Shown here piece by piece: positions 48,097 through 56,887 of a stretch of 64,000 nucleotides of DNA. Origin of the DNA: Desulfatiglandales bacterium (GTDB lineage Bacteria > Desulfobacterota > DSM-4660 > Desulfatiglandales > Desulfatiglandaceae); NCBI GenBank assembly GCA_963662465.1, contig OY759599.1, forward strand, positions 4,544,001 to 4,608,000, in the 5' to 3' direction. Below the pieces are notes generated by a model. That model searched no databases. It saw only the letters and a program-made list of their open reading frames with translations, and was not told where the DNA came from. Position numbers and translations under genes: made by a program. Within the stretch, counting starts at the first letter, position 1. Every line of letters starts with the position of its first letter.

Positions 48097-49431
48097 ATGA
48101 TTTATCTGATCAATACATTCAACCCGCACTGGGAAGGACATGCGTTGCCTGAATGGACATGGCCAAAACGGCGTGTTTTTGGGTATATGCTGAAGCTGAT
48201 GGATGGCCCCCTCTCATTGGGCATTGGCGGGTTACGGAGAATCGGAAAAACAACCCTTTTGAAACAATTAATGGGAAATCTGAATGAAAAAAGGATCCCG
48301 GCCAAGCGGATATGCTACTTTCAATTTGACCGGGATATTGTTCTGAAAGAAGACAGCGTTTTAGAAAGGGTGCTGGATGCCTATATTTTGGATTTTCTGG
48401 ATGAATCCATTGGGCGTATCCAGGAGAAAACATACATCTTTTTAGATGAAATCCAGCTTGTTCCCCGCTGGTCCGACATTATTAAACGGTATTTAGACAG
48501 GGATCCCCCGCTTACGTTTGTGGTTTCCGGGTCATCCTCTTTACTGCTGGAATCGGAATCAGCGGAAAGCCTGGCCGGAAGGCTCGATATGCTGCGTCTC
48601 TCCCCGCCGGATTTCAGGGATTACATGACCATCAATGGATTTGAACCACCGCCTGAATTTAAAATTGATCCCGGTTTGGGAAAGATTCCCACTGAAACCG
48701 CCCTCTATTACGGCGCGAACAGGCCCCGTCTCACGAGGTCATATCTTGACTATTTAAGGTGGGGCGGTTTTCCCCAGTTAAAAGAACTCCACGATGAGGA
48801 ATCGAAACACCGATATATTAAAGAAGTGGTTGTAGAAAAGGTATTGAAATACGATCTTCCGGCCCGGTTTCAACACGAAAATTCGCTTGACCTGGAAATG
48901 CTTTACGGAATCTATGCCGGTGAATATGGACAAATCGTAGAATACAATACCCTTGCCAGGGACATCGGGGTTTCCGTAAACAAACTCAAGAGGCTTACCG
49001 AAGCATTGATGGCCGGGTATCTTGTGCAATACTGTTTCAACCATACCCGCTCTAAAAGAAAATCCGGAAGGACAGGGAAAAAAGTATATTTGAGTACGCC
49101 CTCTCTTGCCGCACACCCCTATGGACCTCTGGATCTTTTTCCTGAAATATTGGGGAGGATCGTAGAAAATGACGTGTTTCTTCGTCTGAGAGAAATGGAT
49201 GAAACCCTGACATTCTGGAGGGTTGGCAGGCAGGAAATTGATTTCATCTTTCACGTACGAAATGTGGTGTTCCCCGTGGTATGTAAAACCGGGCGTTTAA
49301 GATCCAATGATACCCGTTTAATCCGATCTTTGGCGGAGAAATGGGGGGCGCCCTTTTCAGTGATGGTTACAGCCGACACATTCTATTTTTCAGACCCAAC
49401 GATCCTGCGTGTGCCGGCCTTTATGCTTTAA
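48097..49431 (+). CDS. AAA_14 ATPase with DUF4143-like C-terminus
   Basis: GLRRIGKT, LDEIQ, SGSS, SLAGR, GGFP, GRIVEN, EIDF; GGAG RBS before ATG 48097. Confidence 0.88.
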   Translation: MIYLINTFNPHWEGHALPEWTWPKRRVFGYMLKLMDGPLSLGIGGLRRIGKTTLLKQLMGNLNEKRIPAKRICYFQFDRDIVLKEDSVLERVLDAYILDFLDESIGRIQEKTYIFLDEIQLVPRWSDIIKRYLDRDPPLTFVVSGSSSLLLESESAESLAGRLDMLRLSPPDFRDYMTINGFEPPPEFKIDPGLGKIPTETALYYGANRPRLTRSYLDYLRWGGFPQLKELHDEESKHRYIKEVVVEKVLKYDLPARFQHENSLDLEMLYGIYAGEYGQIVEYNTLARDIGVSVNKLKRLTEALMAGYLVQYCFNHTRSKRKSGRTGKKVYLSTPSLAAHPYGPLDLFPEILGRIVENDVFLRLREMDETLTFWRVGRQEIDFIFHVRNVVFPVVCKTGRLRSNDTRLIRSLAEKWGAPFSVMVTADTFYFSDPTILRVPAFML

Positions 49432-49441
49432 AGCTCGCTAA

Positions 49442-49537
49442 AAACCGGGCAAAGTGACTGTTTCGCATCCCGAAAAAGACATTCCTATCGGAACACTACG
49501 CAATATTTTTCGGCAAGCAGGATGGGATTGGAGGTAA
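49442..49537 (+). pseudogene. hicA: C-terminal remnant of HicA toxin
   Basis: Hand translation KPGKVTVSHPEKDIPIGTLRNIFRQAGWDWR*, preceded by in-frame TAA; directly before hicB. Confidence 0.85.
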
Positions 49538-49541
49538 AAAA

Positions 49542-49943
49542 ATGCGATATTCTATTGTAATTCATAAAGACCCCAACTCTGATTATGGTGTTACCATTCC
49601 AGACCTTCCCGGTTGTTTTTCCGCTGGATCCACAATAGAGGAAGCCATAAATATGGCACAAGAAGCGGCTGAGTGTCATATAGAAGGTTTATTAATTGAC
49701 GCTGAACCTATCCCCACACCCAATAACATTGAAGTTCATAGAAATAATCCTGAGTTTAGAGAGGGTTTTTGGGCCTTGGTTGGAATCGATATCAGCAAAC
49801 TTTCTCTAAAATCCAAACGGATCAATATTACCATACCGGAAAGACTCATAAGGACGGTTGATCAATATGCCAAACGGTACGGCGCCAGCAGATCGGGGCT
49901 TTTGTCGGAAGCCGTTACCGAATATATGGCCTCGCATCCATAG
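49542..49943 (+). CDS. hicB: HicB antitoxin with RHH domain
   Basis: YGVTIPDLPGCFSAG.T.EEA...EA, RINITIP...SRSG. Confidence 0.93.
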   Translation: MRYSIVIHKDPNSDYGVTIPDLPGCFSAGSTIEEAINMAQEAAECHIEGLLIDAEPIPTPNNIEVHRNNPEFREGFWALVGIDISKLSLKSKRINITIPERLIRTVDQYAKRYGASRSGLLSEAVTEYMASHP

Positions 49944-50076
49944 CATCGATAGATGGTGGAGACACGCTCCAGGGCCGAGAGACTGTCGACGATCACTGTC
50001 CACAATATCAGCATAAACCAAGTGTAACGGCCTAACCAATAGGATCCCCTCTTGTTTGGTTCAGGTCTATTCTTAA

Positions 50077-52107
50077 TCAGCTTCTCACGCCATCCAAAAC
50101 TTCCCTCACCTTCCGAGCCAGGCTATCCGACATAAAGGGCTTTTCAATGAAGTTGACCCCTTCATCCAGGATGCCGTGGTGGGCGATGGCATTGGCAGTA
50201 TAGCCCGACATGAAAAGCGTCCCGATTTCCGGCCGAATCTTCATGACCTGCTCTGCCAGATCCTTTCCATTCATCTGGGGCATTACCACGTCCGTCATGA
50301 GCAAATGGATTCTGCCGGAGTGTTCCCCGGCTATCTCCATGGCCTCATTCGGGCTGTTTGCCGTGAGTACTGCGTACCCGAGCTTTCCCAGCATCATCCT
50401 TGCCATCCTCAAAATACCCGCATCGTCCTCTACCAGCAAGATCGTCTCACCATCACCTCTGGGAGGTTCCTCAAATCCGGTCAAAGTTTTTAAAGAGGCG
50501 TCTCCTTGATACCGGGGCATGTAAATTTTGAAGGTGGTTCCTTCGTTGGGTTCGCTGTAAACGCTGATGAAACCGTTGTTCTGCTTGACGATACCATAAA
50601 CCGTGGAAAGCCCGAGACCCGTCCCTTTTCCAATCCCCTTGGTGGTGAAAAACGGCTCAAAGACCTGATCCAGGATCGTTTTTTCCATACCACAACCATT
50701 ATCAGTCACCGTCAGCATGACAAATTCACCGGGTACTGCGCTATCGTGTTCGGCACAATAGGCATCGTCCAAGACCCTGTTTTTCGTCTCAATGGTGACC
50801 TTCCCCACGCCGACAATAGAATCTCGGGCATTGACAGCCAGATTGGCCAGTATCTGGTCAACCTGGGCAGGGTCCATTTTTACCGACCACAGATTCGTAT
50901 CCGGCTGCCATGCCAGATCAATGTCTTCACCGATCAGGCGCCTCAGCATTTTGAGCATCCCCGCTATGGTTTCATTGACGTCCAGTTCCCGTGGCGCGAT
51001 GGTTTGTTTCCGGGCAAAGGCCAGAAGCTGCCGGGTCAGGTCCGCTGCTCCTTTGGCCGCATCCTGAATCTCTTCAAGATCTTCATAAACGGGATTCTCC
51101 GGTTCCATATCCATGAGTACCATTTGCACACACCCCAGGATCACACCCAGTTTGTTGTTGAAATCATGGGCGATTCCTCCGGCCAACCGACCTATGGACT
51201 CCATCTTCTGAGCCTGGTTCAACTGCTCCCGCAATTTTACCTCTTCGGTGATATCAGCGAAGATACAGGCAAATTGGCCGGGCACGGGACGGAAGGCTGT
51301 TATCTGAAAGTATTTATTCAGTTCCTTGGAAAAATTTTCGAAGAAGGTCGGCTCGCCGGTCAAAGCGACGCAGCCGTAGGTATCGATCCAGTACGCCTCG
51401 GTGGCCGGCAAAACTTCGAGGACAGTTCTGCCCACAATGTCTGTGGCTTTCAGCCCGGTCATTTTTTCGAATGCAGGATTTATGGTGAGGAAGCGGTAGT
51501 CAACCGGTTGGCCCTGGCCGTTGCAAATGATCTCATGCAACGCGAATCCGTTTATCATTTCGCGAAAGAGCGTTTTGTATCTTTCTTCACTCTCTTTTAA
51601 CGTCTCCACCGCTTTCCTTCGTTCTTCTATTTCACGTTTCAGTTGTACGTTTGCATTCACCAGATCGGAAGTTCGTTCAGATACCATCTCTTCCAGTGAA
51701 TCCTTTTGCCTGCGCAAAAGATCTTCCGCTTCTTTCATGCGCAAAGCTGTCTTTACCTGCGCTATGAGAATATGCTCATCAACGGGCTTGGCCAGATAAG
51801 CATCCGCACCGGCATCAAGCCCTTTAACGAGATCTTTGGGCCCCGTTAAAACAGCCGAAATCAAAATAACGGGGATCGCGCTGGTGGCTTGGTCCTCTTT
51901 GAGTTTTCCGCAAACTTCATACCCGTCCATCCCGGGCATCTTGATATCCAATAAAATCGTATCAGGAGAATGAATCTTTGCCTTTTCAAGACCTTCCGGT
52001 CCCGATTGAGCGGTTATCACATGGCACTCGAGAAAATGATTCTTCAGTATGGCGGACAGTGTAATCAAATTATCCTGTTTATCATCAATCGCTAATATCT
52101 TTGGCAT
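50077..52107 (-). CDS. hybrid kinase REC-PAS-HisKA-HATPase-REC
   Basis: MPKILAIDD, DYRFLTINPAFE, AGGIAHDFNN, GTGLGL, LLVEDD. Confidence 0.93.
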   Translation of the reverse strand: MPKILAIDDKQDNLITLSAILKNHFLECHVITAQSGPEGLEKAKIHSPDTILLDIKMPGMDGYEVCGKLKEDQATSAIPVILISAVLTGPKDLVKGLDAGADAYLAKPVDEHILIAQVKTALRMKEAEDLLRRQKDSLEEMVSERTSDLVNANVQLKREIEERRKAVETLKESEERYKTLFREMINGFALHEIICNGQGQPVDYRFLTINPAFEKMTGLKATDIVGRTVLEVLPATEAYWIDTYGCVALTGEPTFFENFSKELNKYFQITAFRPVPGQFACIFADITEEVKLREQLNQAQKMESIGRLAGGIAHDFNNKLGVILGCVQMVLMDMEPENPVYEDLEEIQDAAKGAADLTRQLLAFARKQTIAPRELDVNETIAGMLKMLRRLIGEDIDLAWQPDTNLWSVKMDPAQVDQILANLAVNARDSIVGVGKVTIETKNRVLDDAYCAEHDSAVPGEFVMLTVTDNGCGMEKTILDQVFEPFFTTKGIGKGTGLGLSTVYGIVKQNNGFISVYSEPNEGTTFKIYMPRYQGDASLKTLTGFEEPPRGDGETILLVEDDAGILRMARMMLGKLGYAVLTANSPNEAMEIAGEHSGRIHLLMTDVVMPQMNGKDLAEQVMKIRPEIGTLFMSGYTANAIAHHGILDEGVNFIEKPFMSDSLARKVREVLDGVRS

Positions 52108-52133
52108 CGCAGCCTCCCTGCGGTCGGGTTGTT

Positions 52134-55100
52134 TCAAACTTCCAGCCATTTCCCGATTTTTTGTAATACGTCCTCAGGTTCAATGGGTTTGGATATATAG
52201 TCGTCGCATCCGGCCTCAATAATCTTTTCCCTGTCGCCCTTCATGGCTCTGGCAGTCAGCGCAATCACAGGGATATGGCCTGTTTTTTTGTCTTCCTTCA
52301 CCTTGCCAACCACCGTAAAACCATCCATTTTTGGCAGGGACATGTCAAGAAGGATCAAGTCGGGCAGTTCTGTTAAAGCCATATGCAGGCCTTCCTCACC
52401 GTCTGTGGCTTCTATGATGTTATAGTCGTTATGCAAAACGGCTCTCATTGTAAACATGTTGTCAGGATTGTCTTCCACCACCAGGATGGTCGGCTTTCCT
52501 TCCGCTCGGACCTTTTTCAGGTATTTTCTCTTTTGAATTTCAGGGGCTCTGGTTTTGTCCAGCGGTTCTATCATTGATGGTTCACCCAGCATCAGCCGGG
52601 TTTTGTGTATCAGGATTTCGCGAGGCACGTCTCCTTTTTGAGCCAGTTGCTGTACGTTATTGCACTTCAGTTCCTTGAGATCTTCCTTTGTCAGATCTTT
52701 TGCCGTGAGGATCAATACCGGAATTTTTTGTGTGGTTTCATGAGCACGGATGCTGTTCAACACCGCAAAACCATCCACTTTAGGCATCATCAGATCCAGG
52801 ATAATGCCATCGGGAATCGTGTCTTTCACATAATCAATCGCCTCCTGACCGCCACTCGCTGTATCCACCAGATACCCCTCGCTTTCCAAAACTGTCTTGA
52901 TCTGAATCATAGCAGTCTGATTGTCTTCAACCACGAGAACCCTCTTGGCGGCTTTTCGTTTTCTGGATTCCGTGTATTTATGCGGCTCTCCAATGTCATC
53001 AAGAATTTTTCGGATCTCTTCAAGCAAGGCGGTTGAAGTGGTCTCACTTTTCGCGAGAACGGAGGTGGCATTCCCGGTCAATTTTCTTCTATCTTCAGCC
53101 GTAAGTTCCTTAGCCGTGACAACGATCACCGGCAGGTTCTTGGTTGCGGGATCGTTGCGGACCCGTTCCAGCACTTCAAACCCGTCCATATCCGGCATGA
53201 TCAAGTCCAACACAAGGACATCCGGAATCGATTTCGCGATGATCTCCATACATTGCAGGCCGTTAGCCGCAACAACCGCCTGCATTCCCTCCTGGTTAAT
53301 CATTTGTGATATTTCTCTACGTTCGAACTCATTGTCATCCACAACCATAATTGCGTGAGAAGATCTCCCGCCAATCTTATTAATTTCCGCAATCAGCCGG
53401 TCCTTATTGACAGGCTTGGTGATATAGCCCACAGCGCCCAGGGCAAATCCGACCTCCTTATCATCCTTCATGGAAATAATGATTGTTGGAATATCGCGGG
53501 TTACTGGATTTTCCTTTAACTGCTGAAGTACCTCAAAACCATCCATTTCAGGCATAATCACATCCAGAGTGATGGCAAAAGGCCGATGTTTTTCGGCCAG
53601 CGCAAGGGCCTGCGCCCCGGATGTGGCGATTATGGGAAAATATCCCATCTGAGAAAGGTAATCAGCAATCATGCCCGTAACCTTAGGTTCATCATCCACA
53701 ACCAGAATGGTCTTTTGCTTCGGCGAGATTAGAGCAGGTTGCCACGGGATAAAAGGGTCAAATTCGGGAATGATGTTCTGCTGCTTCAAGGGTAAAGTTA
53801 AAGTGAATGTGGACCCCTTCCCGAGGACGCTTTCAACCGTAAGATCTCCACCCAGCATTCCGGCCGCCTTATGGGCGATGGTTAACCCCAGGCCGGTGCC
53901 TTCGTATTGTCTTGCGGTTGTTCCGTCAACCTGCCTGAATTCTTCAAAGATATGCGGCAGATCTTTTTCCGATATACCGATACCGCTGTCTGAAATCTCA
54001 ATATGGACATTTTCAGCATCACTGCGGACGGTAATCGCCACATGCCCTTTTTCAGTAAACTTGACCGCATTTCCCATAAGATTCTGGAGGATCTGATCCA
54101 CTCTGATTTCATCACTTTCAATTTCAGGGAGATTGTCAGGGACCTCCACCTTTATCTGAATCCCTTTTTCTTCAGCAATGATCTCAAGGCGCTCAGTAAC
54201 GGCCTCAATAGCGGAACTGAGGGAGAATCGTTTTGAGTTTACGTCCATTCTCCCGGACTCAATTTTGGCAAGATCGAGGATGTCGTTAATCAGTGTGAGC
54301 AGATTCTTTCCGTTCCGTGCAATGACATTCAGATAATTCAGCTCCTCTTCGGAAAGTTTGTCTTTTGCCTGGCGGATAAGGACCCGGGACAAAGCCATCA
54401 CCGAGTTAAGAGGGGTTCGGAGTTCATGGCTCATGTTGGATAGAAACTCACTTTTCAAACGATTGGCCTCTTCAACCTGCTCACGCTGGACCGTCAGTTC
54501 CACATTCTGTTCCTGCAGCTCCTCTGATGTTTGCCGGAGTTCTTCAGCTTGGGCTTGCAATTCTTCCGCCTGGGCCGCTAACTCTTCGTTGGCTGCCTGG
54601 GTTGCTTCCAGAAGATCTTTAATCTGCATTCCTTGTAATGCAGTGTACAGGCCTGTGGATATCATGGGAGCCGCCAGGCTCAGAAACTCAATTTTAAGCG
54701 GGTTGATTTCCTCGAAGGCAGCTACTTCCAATACGCCGTACAAGCTTTTTTCGTATACCAGAGGCAGGGCATAGATACTCCTGGGGGGTTCGTTCACCGT
54801 GCCGGTTTTCCCCATCGCATCTTCCCTGGTGATGCCTTTGAGCAAAATCGGTTTCTTTTCAACGGCGACCTGGCCCACAATTCCCTCTCCGAGAGCAAAT
54901 TCACTGGAAAAGTGTCTTCCCTCCACAAAGGCATAGGATGCCTTCAGTTCACACAGAGAATGCTTTGCATCATAAGCGTAGAGAGCGCCGGCGCATGCGT
55001 CCACATATCTTGAGATAAAATGGGTGCTTTTTGTGACCAGGTCATCGTAGGCGAGATCGCCGGCCATCTCTTCACTCAGAGAATTCTGCCCGTCCTTCAG

Positions 55101-55895
55101 CCAGAACTGGTCTTGCAGCCGGTCTACCAATCTGTTGAAATGAGCGGCCATGTCCGATATTTCGTTTTTTCCGGTGAGCGTTGATTTGATCAGGGTGCCG
55201 GTCTTCGTCACCTCGCTCATGGTATCTTTCAGCGCGGATACATTGGATAAAATACTTTTTGTGACAAAATAGGCAACCAGCAGGGACAGGAATATGGTGG
55301 CAATGATAAATAAAATCGTATGCCTCAGGACCTGTTGTTGTACAGCCCGTGCCTCCTCCATGAAACCATCCGCCTTGTTTATGGCATAAGCGGTAAGTTC
55401 CATCATCTTTCGTTCCAGACGTAATACGTAGGCGGCGCCTGTTGTTCGGGTAATATCTCCGGCAGCCGCCTTGTCACCCTGGATGGCCAGCTGTTCCACC
55501 TCCACCTGGATCGGTCTCCAGCCGGCAAACAGTTCAATGGTCTCTTGAACAAGTTTTTTCCCTTCTTCTCCCAGAATCAGGTTTTTTACGATATCAAGAT
55601 TCTGGTAAACAAGCTTTTCTTCAGACTGCACCGTTTGAATGGCCTGGTGTATTTCCATTTCCGTCTTTGACATGGCTACATCCTTCATGCTCCTGTGCAT
55701 ACGGACAACGCCGGCTTTGGCTTTCAGCGCCGCGGTGGATACCTTCAGCGGGTGGTCGTACAAGGTGGAGGTTAATTCCCCCAGTTCATTCATTCCCCTG
55801 ATGGAAAGCATCGCAAAAACCATGAAAAAAAACAGCACAAGCGCAAAAGAGAGAACCATTCTGCTTTTGATCGTAATTCTGTTCAGTAAATCCAT
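52134..55895 (-). CDS. membrane hybrid kinase: 4HB sensor, HAMP, GAF, HisKA, HATPase, 4 REC
   Basis: Two TM segments, GEGIVGQ GAF, EEL heptads, SHELRTPL, four REC domains. Confidence 0.92.
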   Translation of the reverse strand: MDLLNRITIKSRMVLSFALVLFFFMVFAMLSIRGMNELGELTSTLYDHPLKVSTAALKAKAGVVRMHRSMKDVAMSKTEMEIHQAIQTVQSEEKLVYQNLDIVKNLILGEEGKKLVQETIELFAGWRPIQVEVEQLAIQGDKAAAGDITRTTGAAYVLRLERKMMELTAYAINKADGFMEEARAVQQQVLRHTILFIIATIFLSLLVAYFVTKSILSNVSALKDTMSEVTKTGTLIKSTLTGKNEISDMAAHFNRLVDRLQDQFWLKDGQNSLSEEMAGDLAYDDLVTKSTHFISRYVDACAGALYAYDAKHSLCELKASYAFVEGRHFSSEFALGEGIVGQVAVEKKPILLKGITREDAMGKTGTVNEPPRSIYALPLVYEKSLYGVLEVAAFEEINPLKIEFLSLAAPMISTGLYTALQGMQIKDLLEATQAANEELAAQAEELQAQAEELRQTSEELQEQNVELTVQREQVEEANRLKSEFLSNMSHELRTPLNSVMALSRVLIRQAKDKLSEEELNYLNVIARNGKNLLTLINDILDLAKIESGRMDVNSKRFSLSSAIEAVTERLEIIAEEKGIQIKVEVPDNLPEIESDEIRVDQILQNLMGNAVKFTEKGHVAITVRSDAENVHIEISDSGIGISEKDLPHIFEEFRQVDGTTARQYEGTGLGLTIAHKAAGMLGGDLTVESVLGKGSTFTLTLPLKQQNIIPEFDPFIPWQPALISPKQKTILVVDDEPKVTGMIADYLSQMGYFPIIATSGAQALALAEKHRPFAITLDVIMPEMDGFEVLQQLKENPVTRDIPTIIISMKDDKEVGFALGAVGYITKPVNKDRLIAEINKIGGRSSHAIMVVDDNEFERREISQMINQEGMQAVVAANGLQCMEIIAKSIPDVLVLDLIMPDMDGFEVLERVRNDPATKNLPVIVVTAKELTAEDRRKLTGNATSVLAKSETTSTALLEEIRKILDDIGEPHKYTESRKRKAAKRVLVVEDNQTAMIQIKTVLESEGYLVDTASGGQEAIDYVKDTIPDGIILDLMMPKVDGFAVLNSIRAHETTQKIPVLILTAKDLTKEDLKELKCNNVQQLAQKGDVPREILIHKTRLMLGEPSMIEPLDKTRAPEIQKRKYLKKVRAEGKPTILVVEDNPDNMFTMRAVLHNDYNIIEATDGEEGLHMALTELPDLILLDMSLPKMDGFTVVGKVKEDKKTGHIPVIALTARAMKGDREKIIEAGCDDYISKPIEPEDVLQKIGKWLEV

Positions 55896-55900
55896 TGGTC

Positions 55901-56731
55901 TCAATCCTTTTTCTGGTAGATATGGCAGCATTCATTCACTTTTCTGAAACGCCTTTGATATTTTGTGGTTGGGATCTCTGCTTCACCCAATACCAAATAG
56001 CCGTTTTGGGCCAGGGAACGATATAGCTTATCGAATATTTGATTCTGATGTTCGTTATCAAAGTAGATTAAAACATTCCGGCAAAACACCATATCAAAAC
56101 CGCCGAAAATACTCTCAGGGGGGGCATAGCTCTTCTTGTCAAGAATATCATATACCGAAAAGGATACCATATTCCGAATAATCGGGAGTAATTGAAACGC
56201 TTCGCCTTCGGACGTGAAATATTTTTTCAACAGCCTGTATTTCATACTTTGAATGCTGTCAAATGGGTAGGCTTCCTTTTGTGCCTTTTCCAGTATCTTG
56301 CCGTCAATATCCGTTGCAAAGATCCTTGTATTGATTTTCAAGGCTTCTTTCTCTACTAATTCATGGATCAGGATCGCGATGGAATAAGGTTCTTCTCCCT
56401 TCGCACAACCGGCCGACCAGACCCGTATGGAATCATCAGCAGCCTTCTTTTTTTCATAAACAATAGCGGGGAGGACTCTGTCGGCAATGTATTCAAACGT
56501 CAGGGTATCCCTGAAAAACCGGCTTACATTGATGGTCAAGGCATCGATGAGATGATCGAATTCATTGGGATTTCCCTTCAGATAATGAAGATAATCGAGA
56601 TAGCTCTCACATTTTATGGAAGCAAATCGTTGCTGGATTCGGCGTTCAACCATGGAGATGCGATAGCCGGAAAAGTCAACGCCTCGTTTTTCATTCAAAT
56701 AATGTAAGATGAGTTTTACATTTTCATCCAT
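55901..56731 (-). CDS. cheR: CheR-type protein-glutamate methyltransferase
   Basis: TINVSRFFRD, VWSAGCAKGEEPYS, ATDID, FCRNVLIYF. Confidence 0.93.
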   Translation of the reverse strand: MDENVKLILHYLNEKRGVDFSGYRISMVERRIQQRFASIKCESYLDYLHYLKGNPNEFDHLIDALTINVSRFFRDTLTFEYIADRVLPAIVYEKKKAADDSIRVWSAGCAKGEEPYSIAILIHELVEKEALKINTRIFATDIDGKILEKAQKEAYPFDSIQSMKYRLLKKYFTSEGEAFQLLPIIRNMVSFSVYDILDKKSYAPPESIFGGFDMVFCRNVLIYFDNEHQNQIFDKLYRSLAQNGYLVLGEAEIPTTKYQRRFRKVNECCHIYQKKD

Positions 56732-56870
56732 TGGTCTTTTCCAGCACTTCTCTGACGCTGTATCCCAAGTGATTCATAGAAAAAGGTTTTTCGATAAAAT
56801 TAACCCCCTCGTCAAGAACTCCGTGGCAGACAATGGCGTTCATTGTGTAACCGGAGCAGAAAAGATAAAT
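56724..56870 (-). pseudogene. C-terminal remnant of a receiver domain
   Basis: Hand translation IYLFCSGYTMNAIVCHGVLDEGVNFIEKPFSMNHLGYSVREVLEKTNG*; stop overlaps cheR start. Confidence 0.85.
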
Positions 56871-56887
56871 CTAATGCCCTTACTGCA

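Noticed and set aside
50028..50070. GCCTAAC after hicB, like an integron attC R'' end
   Set aside because: No matching GTTRRRY end or paired L boxes, and no integrase or further cassettes
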